Notes: a model not told the origin generated them from the sequence alone. 64,000 nt of DNA from an uncultured Bacillota bacterium (GCA_963823655.1 CAWGMK010000012.1:64001-128000), one strand, 5' to 3'; counted from the first letter of the stretch, positions 31,543 through 42,338 are shown. Made by a program: numbers and translations.

Positions 31543-32010
31543 ATGGACGATGGAGTCAAGCTGGTAGAACTAACAGGCGAGAATACTCTTTGTATCCGTA
31601 CGAGGGCATCTATGGAAACATTGCCGATGACGATCGGCGGCTGCTACAGCAGGATCCTTGAATATCTCGAGATACTGGGAGAAGAGTGCGCCGGAGTGCC
31701 TTATGTCGCGTATTTCAACCTTGATATGACGAACATGGATGTCGAGATTGGCTTTCCTGTCGCAAAGCCCTTGCCCGCAAGCGGAGAGATGAAGCCCGGG
31801 CACGGTGCTTCCGGCCTCTGCGTCGAGGCGATGTACAAAGGCCCCTATTCAGCCATGGTAATGACCTACAACTATGTCGCCGATTGGATGGCCAAGCACG
31901 GATATGAGAATGCCGGCCCCTACTATGAGTATTATTACAACTCGCCGATGGAAGTGCCGGAAAGCGAGCTGCTTACTAAGATAGTCATACCAGTAAGAAA
32001 GAAGGTATAG
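31543..32010 (+). CDS. GyrI-like small-molecule-binding protein
   Basis: DVEIGFPV, YKGPY, YEYYYNSP, TKIVIPV. Confidence 0.88.
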   Translation: MDDGVKLVELTGENTLCIRTRASMETLPMTIGGCYSRILEYLEILGEECAGVPYVAYFNLDMTNMDVEIGFPVAKPLPASGEMKPGHGASGLCVEAMYKGPYSAMVMTYNYVADWMAKHGYENAGPYYEYYYNSPMEVPESELLTKIVIPVRKKV

Positions 32011-32014
32011 GTGC

Positions 32015-32842
32015 ATGCTTGAAATCCCCGAGGCCGCTGTAGTTGCCTCGCAGTTGGACATTAGGCTGAAGGGCAGAAAGATAAGGCGCATCAAAGCAGC
32101 CTCATCTCCGCACAAGTTCGCATGGTTCACGGCTGATCCGAAGCATTATGAAGATGAGCTCCTCTGGAAAGAAGTCAACTCGGTAAGGCCGGTCGGCGGC
32201 ATGATCGAGATGGACTTCGACGGAGCCGGCCTGGTCTTCAGCGACGGAGCGAACCTCAGGCTATTTGAGCAAGGAGAGAAGCTTCCCCTGAAGCATCAGC
32301 TCCTGCTCGAGTTCGACGACGCATCGGTCCTTACCGCGTCAGTCCTAATGTATGGCGGGATATCGCTCTTTACCGATAACACCTATGACAACGTCTATTA
32401 CCTGAATTCCAGGTTGAAGCCGTCTCCTTTGTCGGATGCCTTTGACAGGTCCTACTTCGATGGGCTGTTCAAGAAGTGCACCGGCAATCTCAGCCTCAAG
32501 GCGTTCCTTGCTACCGAGCAAAGGATACCCGGCCTGGGAAACGGAACCTTGCAGGACATCCTCTTTGAAGCAGGTATGCACCCCAGGAGGAAGGTAGAGA
32601 CGCTGGATGCAAATGACAAGGACACGCTCTTCAAAGCGCTGAAGGGGACTCTGGCTTCCATGTACAAGCATGGAGGCAGGGATGTAGAGTCGGACGCGTT
32701 CGGAAAAGCCGGGGGCTATAAGACGAAGGCGGGGAAGAATACCGCAGGGCAGCACTGTATGAGGTGCGGTAACGGCATTATCACCAAGGAGAGCTACATG
32801 GGAGGCAGCATCTATTACTGCGATTCCTGTCAAAGCAGATAG
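32015..32842 (+). CDS. Fpg/Nei-family DNA glycosylase-like protein
   Basis: H2TH LKAFL...IPGLGNG..QDILF.A..HP; C-terminal CMRC...YCDSCQ zinc finger. Confidence 0.85.
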   Translation: MLEIPEAAVVASQLDIRLKGRKIRRIKAASSPHKFAWFTADPKHYEDELLWKEVNSVRPVGGMIEMDFDGAGLVFSDGANLRLFEQGEKLPLKHQLLLEFDDASVLTASVLMYGGISLFTDNTYDNVYYLNSRLKPSPLSDAFDRSYFDGLFKKCTGNLSLKAFLATEQRIPGLGNGTLQDILFEAGMHPRRKVETLDANDKDTLFKALKGTLASMYKHGGRDVESDAFGKAGGYKTKAGKNTAGQHCMRCGNGIITKESYMGGSIYYCDSCQSR

Positions 32843-32940
32843 GGTAATATTCGGCCTCGGGAGAATATATAGGTAAATATCGATATTGGGTATCATAAAG
32901 CTAAATATGTGTATGGGCTTACGAAATTGCCGATATTTGC

Positions 32941-32965
32941 AGGAATGTTGGCCTTGCAGTCGAAT
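32941..32965 (+). promoter_or_regulatory. SigH-like promoter
   Basis: AGGA-N17-GAAT upstream of the gene at 33063. Confidence 0.55.
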
Positions 32966-33062
32966 AAAGACTTATTAATACGGATTTGGTGTCCGATAAT
33001 TTTAAGCAACCTTGGTATTTTGGGAAGAACGATCATTACGGTATTTGAAGGGAGATTGGAAG

Positions 33063-33656
33063 ATGAGCAGGCACATTAGAGGTTTTCTTGTACTGGCGAT
33101 AGTATTGGCACTGTCATTTACGACGATGGCGGCATTCAAAGTTGAGAAGGAGCTGCCGAAGGGCTTCGTATCAGCCTGGGCAAGCATCCAGGGCTCGGCT
33201 GCCGGCAATTTCGTCACCGGTCCGGAGGTTGGCGACTGGCACAGCATCCAGGCACAGTTCCCCTATGAGAAGAGCGCAGTTACCGTAAGGTTGGTCTACA
33301 ACGAGAACAAGCTCGTTACAGTGCAGACCGAGTTCGGTGTGAGCATGAACGACTTCATGACATACGACTGGTACGCGTTCGGCGAGTTCCACGGCAAGCT
33401 CTTCGCGTCAATCACCGGCCTGGACGCCGTTAAGTTCACCGATACTTTGAACATTTGCATGGACGAGATCTACGCGAAGATCATGGGACAGTATAAGGGA
33501 GAGATCTACTTCCAGATGGCCAACGGCATCCTCACCGGCGTAAGGCTCAAGAGGGGCACCGGCGGCATCCTGAACATCTACTACTACCTTAATGAAGCCA
33601 AGCTCAATGGCGACGGCACTCCCAGGACGGACATGCTGTTCTTCGAGATGAAGTAA
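33063..33656 (+). CDS. Secreted hypothetical protein
   Basis: Signal peptide, strongly biased codon usage, followed by a terminator. Confidence 0.75.
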   Translation: MSRHIRGFLVLAIVLALSFTTMAAFKVEKELPKGFVSAWASIQGSAAGNFVTGPEVGDWHSIQAQFPYEKSAVTVRLVYNENKLVTVQTEFGVSMNDFMTYDWYAFGEFHGKLFASITGLDAVKFTDTLNICMDEIYAKIMGQYKGEIYFQMANGILTGVRLKRGTGGILNIYYYLNEAKLNGDGTPRTDMLFFEMK

Positions 33657-33680
33657 GGAAGACCTTTAAGTCTAGCAACC

Positions 33681-33716
33681 GGCACCCCGCATAAAAAACG
33701 GGGTGCCTTTTATTTT
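33681..33716 (+). terminator. Rho-independent terminator
   Basis: GGCACCCCG..CGGGGTGCC followed by TTTTATTTT. Confidence 0.8.
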
Positions 33717-33776
33717 AATGACGGCTATAATCTAGTTGCGGACAATCGTTATATTGTCCCAAAAGGAGTGGTGTTT

Positions 33777-33968
33777 ATGAAGGAAATGATGACGGCGAGG
33801 GTGGCCGAGGAATAATCGAATAGCCGCGGGCGTGCTGGTTTCTGCCTCCGCCCGGTACAAGGGGATAGCTATATAGGATATTGAAGGAACGGCGAGCCGT
33901 TTCTTGAAGATATATCCGCAGGGGCTTGCCTCTGCGGATTTTTGTATGCCAGCGGCTAGGGCGGAAGG
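33777..33968 (+). promoter_or_regulatory. Leader peptide (MKEMMTARVAEE, 33777-33815) and attenuator upstream of rsgA
   Basis: AGGAG RBS plus 12-codon uORF; terminator ATCCGCAG..CTGCGGAT-TTTT at 33914-33943; alternative pairings available. Confidence 0.6.
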
Positions 33969-33994
33969 ACTTATATAAAGGAAGGTAGTAAGCG

Positions 33995-35051
33995 TTGAGT
34001 CTTATTGACTATGGATATTCGAAAAGAGCAGAGAAGCTATTTGATGCTGACGTTACGAAAGGCCAGTTTATTAGGGCGCGCGTCATAGACGACTTCGGCA
34101 CGGGGTTCCTGCTGGCATCAGACGCAGGCGAGCTGGAGGCTGTGCTGTCAGGAGGGCTGCTTTCCGACGCCGAAGCCATAAGGCCGGTGGCGGGAGACTG
34201 GGTGCTGGCGCGAGTGGCGCCCGAGGGCGGGCATGGGCAGGTCGTGAAGGTCATGCCCAGATACAGCGAGCTGAAGAGGGCGGACACGATTGTCGACTGG
34301 AAGAGCACGGTAGTGGCCGCGAACTTCGATTACCTGATGATGATGGTGTCTATGAACATGAACTTCAGCTTGAATAGGATAGAGAGGCTGATTACAAGCG
34401 CGTGGTCCAGCGGCGGCACACCCGTTCTCGTCTTAAGCAAGAAGGACGTCTGCGAGGATGCGGAGTCTTTAATCGCGAAGGCCAGGGACGTCGTCCCCGG
34501 AACAGATGTGGTCGCAATAAGCTCCATGACAGGAGAGGGCATAGAAGAAGTAGCGGCCTTCTTCCGAGGAGGAGTTACTTGCGCGGTAGTGGGCTCTTCC
34601 GGCGTTGGCAAGTCCACGCTTCTCAACTATCTTATGGGAAGGCAAATTGCAAAGACGGCATCCATTAGGGAAGTTGATTCCAAGGGGAGGCACACTACTT
34701 CCCACAGGACGCTGCACCTGTTACCTGGAGGCGGGCTTTTCCTGGACACTCCGGGAGTCAGGTCCTTCGGCCTTACAGCAGAGGATGAGGAGATGGGCAA
34801 AGCCTTCCAGGATATAGAGGAACTGGCACAGGGATGCCGCTTCAGCGACTGCGCCCACAAGGGGGAGCCTGGTTGCGCGGTGGCCAAGGCGATCGAAGAC
34901 GGGCTCCTTGAGGAGAGAAGGTACTTAAGCTATCTCAAGCTGCAGAAGGAGATAAGGCATGTGCAGGCCAAGACCGAGGTTGCGGCACGCCTTGAGCAGA
35001 AGAGGAAAGGCAAGACTCATTGCGAAGCTCATTAAGCAGCTGGGTAAATAA
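33995..35051 (+). CDS. rsgA: Ribosome small subunit-dependent GTPase A homologue (indel near the C-terminus)
   Basis: Circularly permuted GTPase: SKKD, GSSGVGKS, GRHTT, DTPG; CRFSDCAHKGEPGC zinc finger. Confidence 0.9.
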
Positions 35052-35205
35052 AGATACAAGCGGACTAAAATGAATGAATGAGGCCGGTAGGCAGGGCGGG
35101 AGGGATCCCGCCCTGCTGCATGTAGCAGAAAAAACCATTAGCCTAAGGTATATTGCCCGAGGAGGAACCTGAGTTCGAACTTCAAAGGCAAGCTTACTAG
35201 AATTG

Positions 35206-35239
35206 AGGGCTCATGCAGGGAAAAACTGCATGAGCCCTC
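35206..35239. terminator. Hairpin between convergent genes
   Basis: GAGGGCTCATGCAG..CTGCATGAGCCCTC. Confidence 0.7.
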
Positions 35240-35276
35240 TGCTTTACTAACATTTCACTAATAATCCGTTTCGTCA

Positions 35277-35322
35277 AGTCAAGTTGCGCTTTACTTATGC
35301 CCCAGTCAAGCTGTGCTTTACA
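35277..35322 (-). repeat. Dispersed pair of the AGTAAAG-N5-CTTGACT palindrome, inverted relative to the array
   Basis: AGTCAAG-TTGCG-CTTTACT at 35277 and AGTCAAG-CTGTG-CTTTACA at 35304. Confidence 0.8.
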
Positions 35323-36193
35323 GCGCATCCACATTGATCGACCCGCTCACTGTCGTCAGCTCCACGTTCAAGGAGCCATCCCCGACCCTGCCGACCAGCT
35401 TCTTCGTCGTCGAGGACTCTACTACCATAGGGAAGTCGCAGCTGACATGCCCTGATACGCTGCTGGCTTTGATCGTGAACTGCTCCCCGTCTCCGAGCCC
35501 AAGCAAGATGCCCCCGGAGATCGAATTTATGTTGATGTCCTTTGCTTCAGTAACGCGATTGGCATCTATCCTGCCGGACACGGTGCTGGCCACATAGCTG
35601 CTGCAGGAGACGTGTTCTGTCTCAATCCTTCCCGAGACGCTGTGCGCCTTGAACGTGCCGCTTACAAACACCTCGCCCACGCTGACCCTGCCGGAGACCG
35701 AATCCAGGTTTATATCCGTAGCCTTCGCCCCGCCCTCCAGGAACAAGGGGCCTGAGACGCTGCTTGCCTCCAGCGACCCCTCGAAGCTTATGGGTATCAC
35801 GACGTCGAGCACCAGGTCGCTCACCTTCAGCCTGTAGGAGAATATATCGCGGGGTTCTACCTCGATTTTGGCAATGCCGTCTTCCGTCTCTATCGACAGC
35901 TTGGGTACGATGGAGCTTCCCAATAGCCCCACGTCACCCCAGAAGTGCGCCGTGATAGTGGGAACATCCTGGTACTTGATTGTGATGACAGCGCTCACAC
36001 TCGAAATGTCCACTCCGGTCAGGCCGAGAGTGTCCAGATCAGCGCTCTCGTCGACAGAGTACTTGTCGGAGCCGTGGTATGCTTCTGTCGTTGAGTTCAG
36101 GTTCGGCGGCGGGTTCTCGGTATAGTAGTAGAGGAAAGTAACAGCGCCCGCCAATACGACTAACATAAGAAGAAGTGCCAGCTTCTTGGTCAT
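35318..36193 (-). CDS. DUF4097 beta-strand repeat membrane-anchored protein
   Basis: N-terminal TM; repeated S/T-V-S-G-x-I/V motifs. Confidence 0.85.
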   Translation of the reverse strand: MTKKLALLLMLVVLAGAVTFLYYYTENPPPNLNSTTEAYHGSDKYSVDESADLDTLGLTGVDISSVSAVITIKYQDVPTITAHFWGDVGLLGSSIVPKLSIETEDGIAKIEVEPRDIFSYRLKVSDLVLDVVIPISFEGSLEASSVSGPLFLEGGAKATDINLDSVSGRVSVGEVFVSGTFKAHSVSGRIETEHVSCSSYVASTVSGRIDANRVTEAKDININSISGGILLGLGDGEQFTIKASSVSGHVSCDFPMVVESSTTKKLVGRVGDGSLNVELTTVSGSINVDAL

Positions 36194-36420
36194 GGTATCC
36201 CCTTCCTTTTAGTGCCTGCCCGCCTTTTCGGCCCAAGCGCCGCCGCCTGAAGGAAAAAGTGGCCCAGCATTGAATTAATAGGTAAAGAAACCGCCTCGTG
36301 CCGTAAATAGACACTACTGAGGCCTTCTTTCTCGTTCAATATAGCATAAAGGGGTGTACTTCAGAAGGCATTTAGAGCACTTTATGAAAGAAATAGCCTT
36401 GAGACGAAGGAGGGGTATGG

Positions 36421-36897
36421 ATGGAATTTCGGAGCGCGACTACCAATGACCGGGAGGCGCTGGGGAAGTTCATCGAGAAAAGGTGGGGTTGCGACTACCT
36501 GGTCTCTAAGATGAAGATCTATACCGTCAAGGACCTCGACGCATTCCTCTGCGAAGATGAGGGCAAGATAATAGCCTGCGCCACCTACTATATAGAGGGG
36601 GCGGAGTGCGAGATAGTATCCCTTGATTCCACAAAGCCCGGCGAGGGCTTAGGCAGGCAGCTCATGGGCATGTGCGAGAACGCCGCAAGAAGCTCCGGCT
36701 GCACCAGGATCTGGCTTATGACCACCAATGACAACACATATGCTCTAAGGCTGTTCCAGAGGCTCGGCTACAGGATATGCGAGGTGTATCTCGACGAGGT
36801 GAAGAGGTACAGGGATCTTAAGCCTTGCATACCCCACATCGGAAACGACGGCATACCCATACTCGACCTGTTCGAGCTGGAAAAGCAGATAAAATAG
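36421..36897 (+). CDS. GNAT acetyltransferase
   Basis: EIVSLDS, GEGLG, TTNDN..AL..FQR.G, KPCIP.IG..GIPI. Confidence 0.9.
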   Translation: MEFRSATTNDREALGKFIEKRWGCDYLVSKMKIYTVKDLDAFLCEDEGKIIACATYYIEGAECEIVSLDSTKPGEGLGRQLMGMCENAARSSGCTRIWLMTTNDNTYALRLFQRLGYRICEVYLDEVKRYRDLKPCIPHIGNDGIPILDLFELEKQIK

Positions 36898-36946
36898 AAG
36901 CACAGGAAGGCACTTATCGACACATCACATCGGAGGCCGGTACACA

Positions 36947-37792
36947 ATGAACGAAGTACAAATCGTCACCGACAGCTGCGCGCTGCTCAAAGATGATGAG
37001 GCCCGGGAGCTGGGCGTTGAGATCACACCGATACTACTGAACCTCGACGGCAGCTCCTACCGAGACGGCGTCGAGATGAGCCATGAGCAGTTCTACAAGC
37101 TTCTTCGGGGTGGAGCCAAGGCTACCACCTCCCAGCCCTACCTAGGAGACGTAGTAGAGGCCTTCAAGAAGGGCCTTAACAACGCGAAGAGGATACTTCA
37201 CATATCGATCTCCGAGGGGCTCTCCGGCACCTACCAGAACGCCATTATGGCGGCCCGCATGGTGGATGATGCAAGGATCACAGTGCTCAACTCAAAGACC
37301 ATTTGCGGCACGCAGCGCTACCTCGTCGAGAAGGCGGCAAAGCTCGCCAAGCTCGGAAAGAGCCTGGATGAGATTGTAGAATCTCTCAACCGCTCGATAG
37401 CCGACATGCAATCCTTCCTAATCGCCGTCGACTTCTCCTATATAAGAAGAAGCGGAAGGCTCTCGAAGACCGCCGCAATCATTGGCTCGATCCTTCGGAT
37501 AAAGCCTGTCCTCAGGCTAAACGACGAGGGCACCAGGATAGAGAAATATGCGATAGCAAGGACCATGAACCACGCAATAGACATGATAACGGACAGCATC
37601 ATTAGAAGGGGCGCCGACGCAATGCACCGCTTCTACATATGCCACGGGGACGACTTGAGGCGGCGAGGAAGGCTGCCGACAGGATAAAGGAGCGGGTCCA
37701 GGGGGCAGTCGTCGAGATACTGCTGCTGTCGCCCACCATGGCGGCGCACGGCGGGCCCCGGCTGCATCACCGTCCACCACATAAGATCCTGA
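36947..37792 (+). CDS. DegV/FakB fatty-acid-binding protein, C-terminal indels
   Basis: IVTDS, TTSQP, ISEGLSGTYQ, SGR, IKP.L; AHG.PG in the shifted frame. Confidence 0.88.
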
Positions 37793-37876
37793 TAGCGACC
37801 AGTCCCAAATAACCGGGCCGGGCCCTCAAATCAGGACCCGGCCATTAAAATGCAATCGGGGGTAAATCTCAGGGCA

Positions 37877-39554
37877 ATGGGCAGGCTATTCAAGGGAAAG
37901 GGCATAAGGATAACGCTCATCATCGCTGTCGCGCTCGCGGCAGTGCTGTTAGACATGATATTTCTTCCCGATAAAGCCGGCCTTCCCTCAGAAAGCCTCG
38001 TCCAGGACTCCGAGCGCCCTCTATCTCTTCGCGGCAGGCTCCGTCCCTGCCTCAGAGGAGGAATACCTAAAGCTTAAGAACATCATCGAGGAGCAGTCCC
38101 CGCCCCAAGGCCATAACTGGATAACCGAGACCGTAAGGGATGCCGCATTCCCCTCCGACGCCCCCTGGCGCCGCCTCGTGGGAAGGATACAGGCTCCCGA
38201 GGCCGTCGTGGATGAAGTACATCAGACTGTCCTTGCAAGAGTCATCGGGATACTCGGCATAGTTGCCACCGGCTCCGGCAGCCACCCCTCGGACTTCGAG
38301 GTCCATATCACAGCGGGCAGGGGCATAAGCGCCTATTCCATGGCTGACGGCTCCATATACCTCTCCTACGCGCTTGCGGCATCTCTTGACGATGATGAGA
38401 TCGCTTTCGCGCTCGCACACGAGATAAGGCATCTGAGGGCCTGTCATTACAAGCTGGAGGACGGGTACACCTGGGTCCTGGACGAGCCGCACGCGAAGGC
38501 CTTCGCAAAGCTGGCCCAAGAGGGGTTCGAATCCCTTATCGATCCCTCCGAGCTTTATTATGACCAGGAGTCCGAATGCGACGCCTACGCCGCCTTCATA
38601 ACCGCCTACTGCGGCTTCGACCCCCAGGCAGGCCTTCGCCTCATCGACAGGCTTCCCGAGGGCGACGGCAGGCTCTATCCGCCCAAAGCCCGAAGGATAG
38701 AGGATCTCACAAAGCTAATCGGCCTCATCTCGGCCGAGGAGTTCACAAGGCTGCACCTTCCCGCCCTGTACCTGGGCAACAGGCTCAAGATGATAATAGG
38801 CTCGGGAAGAGAGGAAACAGAGGAGAGCAAGGAGTACGACTTCGCAGCGCTAGTGCTTCTAAGAGACGCCGCCGCGCTCGACATGCTCATGAAGCAGGAC
38901 AGGGGGGAGGGGGAGGCCCCGATAATATACCCCGGGCTTTTCGAGGTGAGGCTCGGCGCAAGGCTTGAGACCTCTGCCAAACAGGCAGCGACTTTGGACA
39001 TCGCCCTTATAATCAGATCGCCCGGCATCAGCGGCATGGCGCCCGCCAGCATCTCCTTGAAAGCAGTCATGCTCAACTGCTACGACGGCTGGAGGCTCGC
39101 ATCAGTATTCGACACCTCCGGCAGGGATGCCGCATGGACGGTATGGGCACAGGCAGAGGACAAGCTGCCCTTTGCGAAGCCCGATCCGGACGGCGAGATG
39201 AGATACGCAATGGATGCCCTCTCCGCCTGGAAGGCGAGCTTCACGCTCGATCCTGCCCTTCATATGCTCTGCTATTCGCAGTCAGGGATTCAGCCCTACT
39301 TCGAAAACGGCGCAGGCGGCGACGACGATGCCTTCGACCTGCTGGCGCTCTCCGACCTTTTCTCGTCGCTGGAGGCGGGATCAGAGCTTCGGATATTCGA
39401 CATAACGGCCAGCAAGGCGGGCAGGGGCTTCGTTACCATAAGCTTTGGCTACACATTGCTTGCGGGAGGCTTTCCGGTGTTAGCCGGCAACTGCAGGCTC
39501 GGGATGGTGCCGGAGCGGGGCGGCTGGGCAGTTGCGGGCGTAAGCCTTTTCTAA
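37877..39554 (+). CDS. Membrane-anchored M48-like zinc metalloprotease domain protein, N-terminal indel(s)
   Basis: AYSMADGSIY, DDEIAFALAHEIRH (HExxH), QESECD. Confidence 0.7.
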
Positions 39555-39610
39555 ATCACTGGCGCAGAACGAAGCACAAATTCGGGTGCCGGAATTTCGC
39601 GCGAGTATTG

Positions 39611-39647
39611 AAAAAGCCGAAGGCTTCAATCTGCCTTCGGCTTTTTC
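39611..39647. terminator. Bidirectional terminator
   Basis: AAAAAGCCGAAGGC..GCCTTCGGCTTTTT. Confidence 0.85.
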
Positions 39648-39674
39648 AGCTATTAATCAACTAAAGGATAAAGG

Positions 39675-40388
39675 CTACTTGCCTATTTCAATAATGACAT
39701 AGACCTTATCCGAGGTAATGCTTGTGATGCGGGGGATCGATGCTTCTACCGGCCCTAGCGTCTTCAGGTAGTTCACATAGAAGGAGAGCACATCGGGGGA
39801 GAAGCCGTAGAGCGCATAGGGCTGGCCCTTGTTCGCGCTGTTGACGACATCGGCTCCTACCGACACTGCCTTTTCGTCCATCTCGCCTGCCACCTTGTCG
39901 CTGAACCTGACCATAAGCTTCACTGCCGCAGTCGCGGTATTCTCGGGCACAAGCGCCGCAAGCCCTCTCTGGATGACCCTCTCCATGCCGACCGACTGGT
40001 CCTCCACATAGGAGACAATGGTCTCGGGCGTCTCCTTGGGAAGTATAAGCTCAAACCATACGAGCCCTGCCGCAAGAAGCAGCAAGGACGCCGCTGTGGC
40101 ACCTATAAGCACCTTGAAGAAGGGGTTCTTGAAGAGCGCTCTGAAGCTCGTCGCCGTCGGCAGCTGCCTCTTCGCTTCCTTTATAACAATGCGCTTGAGC
40201 TGGTCCCTGAACTCCTTGGGGACCACTATGGGCTCAGCCAGCGCCGACATCATCTTCTTATATTCCGCAAGCTCCTCGCCGCATTCCTTGCACGATGCGC
40301 AGTGTACCTCCAGGTCCTGGGCCCTGTGGGCCTCAAGAGTGCCTGTGAAGTACTCGGCCATCTGCTCGCGGTAAACTTTACATTCCAA
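39675..40388 (-). CDS. Zinc-binding (ZAS) transmembrane anti-sigma factor
   Basis: HCASCKEC (HxxxCxxC) motif, single TM, coupled to the ECF sigma gene. Confidence 0.85.
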   Translation of the reverse strand: MECKVYREQMAEYFTGTLEAHRAQDLEVHCASCKECGEELAEYKKMMSALAEPIVVPKEFRDQLKRIVIKEAKRQLPTATSFRALFKNPFFKVLIGATAASLLLLAAGLVWFELILPKETPETIVSYVEDQSVGMERVIQRGLAALVPENTATAAVKLMVRFSDKVAGEMDEKAVSVGADVVNSANKGQPYALYGFSPDVLSFYVNYLKTLGPVEASIPRITSITSDKVYVIIEIGK

Positions 40389-40971
40389 CGCCCTTCATCT
40401 CCGATCGTCCGTATGCTTCCCTCAAACTTGCCACTGCTCTGTTAATCCTCGATTTGACCGTGCCCATCTCGATTCCGAGCTCCTCGGATATCTCCTGATA
40501 GGACATGCCTACGATGAATCTCAGCTCGAGGATCTCCTTTTGCATGTCGGGCAGCTTGCGCACAAGAGAGAGCATATGCTGCCGGAAGTCCTCCTTGTCC
40601 AATAGTTCCTCGGGTCCTGGCGCCCTGTCGGCAATCTGCCGCTCCATGGGCTCCCCGTCCTTGCCGCCCACCTCGCGGTCCAGGCTTTCCTGGGGCTTGC
40701 GCCTTCTTGCGAAATCGACTGCCGCGTTGGCGGCTACTGCGAAAATCCAGGTAGAAAGCTTCGAGTCCCCCCGAAACTGCTGCAAATAGGTGCACAGCTT
40801 CAGGAATACGCTGGATGTCACGTCCTGGGCGTCATGGTGGTCGCCCAGTTTCGAATAGGCGAGCCTGTAGATCTTGTCTACATACCTCTCATATATGGCT
40901 GTCATGGCGTTAGTGTCGCCCAACAGGTATTTCTCGGCCAGCTGCTCGTCGCTGAGCGCCTTGTAGTCCAA
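40378..40971 (-). CDS. ECF RNA polymerase sigma factor
   Basis: DAQDV, FRGDSKLSTWI region 2; SYQEISEELGIEMGTVKSRINRA region 4; AGGAG RBS before TTG. Confidence 0.9.
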   Translation of the reverse strand: MDYKALSDEQLAEKYLLGDTNAMTAIYERYVDKIYRLAYSKLGDHHDAQDVTSSVFLKLCTYLQQFRGDSKLSTWIFAVAANAAVDFARRRKPQESLDREVGGKDGEPMERQIADRAPGPEELLDKEDFRQHMLSLVRKLPDMQKEILELRFIVGMSYQEISEELGIEMGTVKSRINRAVASLREAYGRSEMKGVGM

Positions 40972-41013
40972 AGTATCACTCCTATTGCGCCGGACTGCTG
41001 CCTCGTAAACTTT

Positions 41014-41038
41014 GACGAAAGCCCGAGGCCTTTTGTTC
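41014..41038 (-). promoter_or_regulatory. Candidate ECF autoregulatory promoter
   Basis: Minus strand GAAC-N17-CGTC just upstream of the ECF gene. Confidence 0.45.
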
Positions 41039-41254
41039 TGCTTGTCCGACCATAAATTGCGGGAAATTCCGCGCTGATGCGTAGGGCTTAAGGGCCGTCG
41101 GCAACATAATCTAGCGTAGCGGCTTCCCACACTACTAAACGAATATATCTTACCATTCTTCATGGGGCCAACGGGCATCTGCCGGCAGGCTCTGCCTAAA
41201 ATGCATAAGGCCGGCAGCCTCCGTCACCCTCAAATTCCGCGCCTTTGGCCCTGC

Positions 41255-42319
41255 CTATACCCTCAACAGGCTCTTCATCTCGTCCGGGTCGGTGGCATGC
41301 GCCATGCACTCGTCAAGCGAGATCTTGTTGTCCATGTATAGGTTCACAAGGGCCCTGTTCATCGTCTGCATGCCGGTCTTCGCGCCCGATTGTATGGCGG
41401 ACGCGATCTGGTATGTCTTGGACTCCCTTATGAGGTTCCTGATTGCCGGGTTCGAGATCATGATTTCGACAGCCGGCACCACCATGTGGGTATCCTCCTG
41501 CACCACCGGCAACAGGAGCTGGGATATAACGGCCTGGAGCGTAGTCGACAGCTGCAGCCTTATCTGGCGCTGCTGGGTCTCGGGGAAGACGTCTATCATC
41601 CTGTTTATGGACGATACTGCGTCGTTTGTGTGCAGCGTCGCGAACACCAGATGCCCCGTCTCGGCGGCGGTTATCGCAATCGAGACGGTCTCAAGGTCGC
41701 GCATCTCGCCGATTAGTATAACGTCAGGGTCCTGCCTTAGCACATGCCGCAGGGCGTCGTTGAAGCTCTTGGTGTCGGTGCCCACTTCCCTCTGGTTGAT
41801 GATGCTTTGGATGTTGGTATGGGCGTACTCTACAGGGTCTTCTATCGTCATGATGTTGTACCTGAAGGTGTGGTTGATGTGGTTGAGCATGGACGCAAGC
41901 GTCGTGGTCTTGCCGCACCCTGTGGGCCCGGTAACAAGGACCAGCCCCCTGGGGAAGCTTGCGATCTGCTTTAGCGTCTGCACGGGAAGGTTCAGCGAAT
42001 TGAGCTTTGGCACCTCGGAGGGGATGTACCTGCATGCGCAGCCGATCTTGCCTCTTTGCATGTAAACATTGACCCTGAACCTGCCGGTGCCCTTCGACTC
42101 GAAGGCGAAGTCCAGCTCCAGGTCCTCCCTGAAGCGGACGATGTGGTCGGGCGTCATCATGGAGAATACTATGCGCTCGACGTCGGCGGCGGAGAGCTTC
42201 TTTTCACTAAGGTTTCTTATCCTCTGCCCCGTCCTTATCAAAGGCGGCTCCCCCGCCACCAGGTGCAGGTCCGATGCGCCAAGCTTTACCGCATTGTGCA
42301 TCATCTCGTGGATGGGCAA
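41255..42319 (-). CDS. pilT: Type IV pilus retraction ATPase
   Basis: ASDLHL, GPTGCGKTT, TIEDPVE, LRQDPDVILIGEMRD, AETGHLV, AIRNLIRE, GMQT. Confidence 0.95.
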   Translation of the reverse strand: MPIHEMMHNAVKLGASDLHLVAGEPPLIRTGQRIRNLSEKKLSAADVERIVFSMMTPDHIVRFREDLELDFAFESKGTGRFRVNVYMQRGKIGCACRYIPSEVPKLNSLNLPVQTLKQIASFPRGLVLVTGPTGCGKTTTLASMLNHINHTFRYNIMTIEDPVEYAHTNIQSIINQREVGTDTKSFNDALRHVLRQDPDVILIGEMRDLETVSIAITAAETGHLVFATLHTNDAVSSINRMIDVFPETQQRQIRLQLSTTLQAVISQLLLPVVQEDTHMVVPAVEIMISNPAIRNLIRESKTYQIASAIQSGAKTGMQTMNRALVNLYMDNKISLDECMAHATDPDEMKSLLRV

Positions 42320-42338
42320 GGTAAAACACCTCCCAAAG

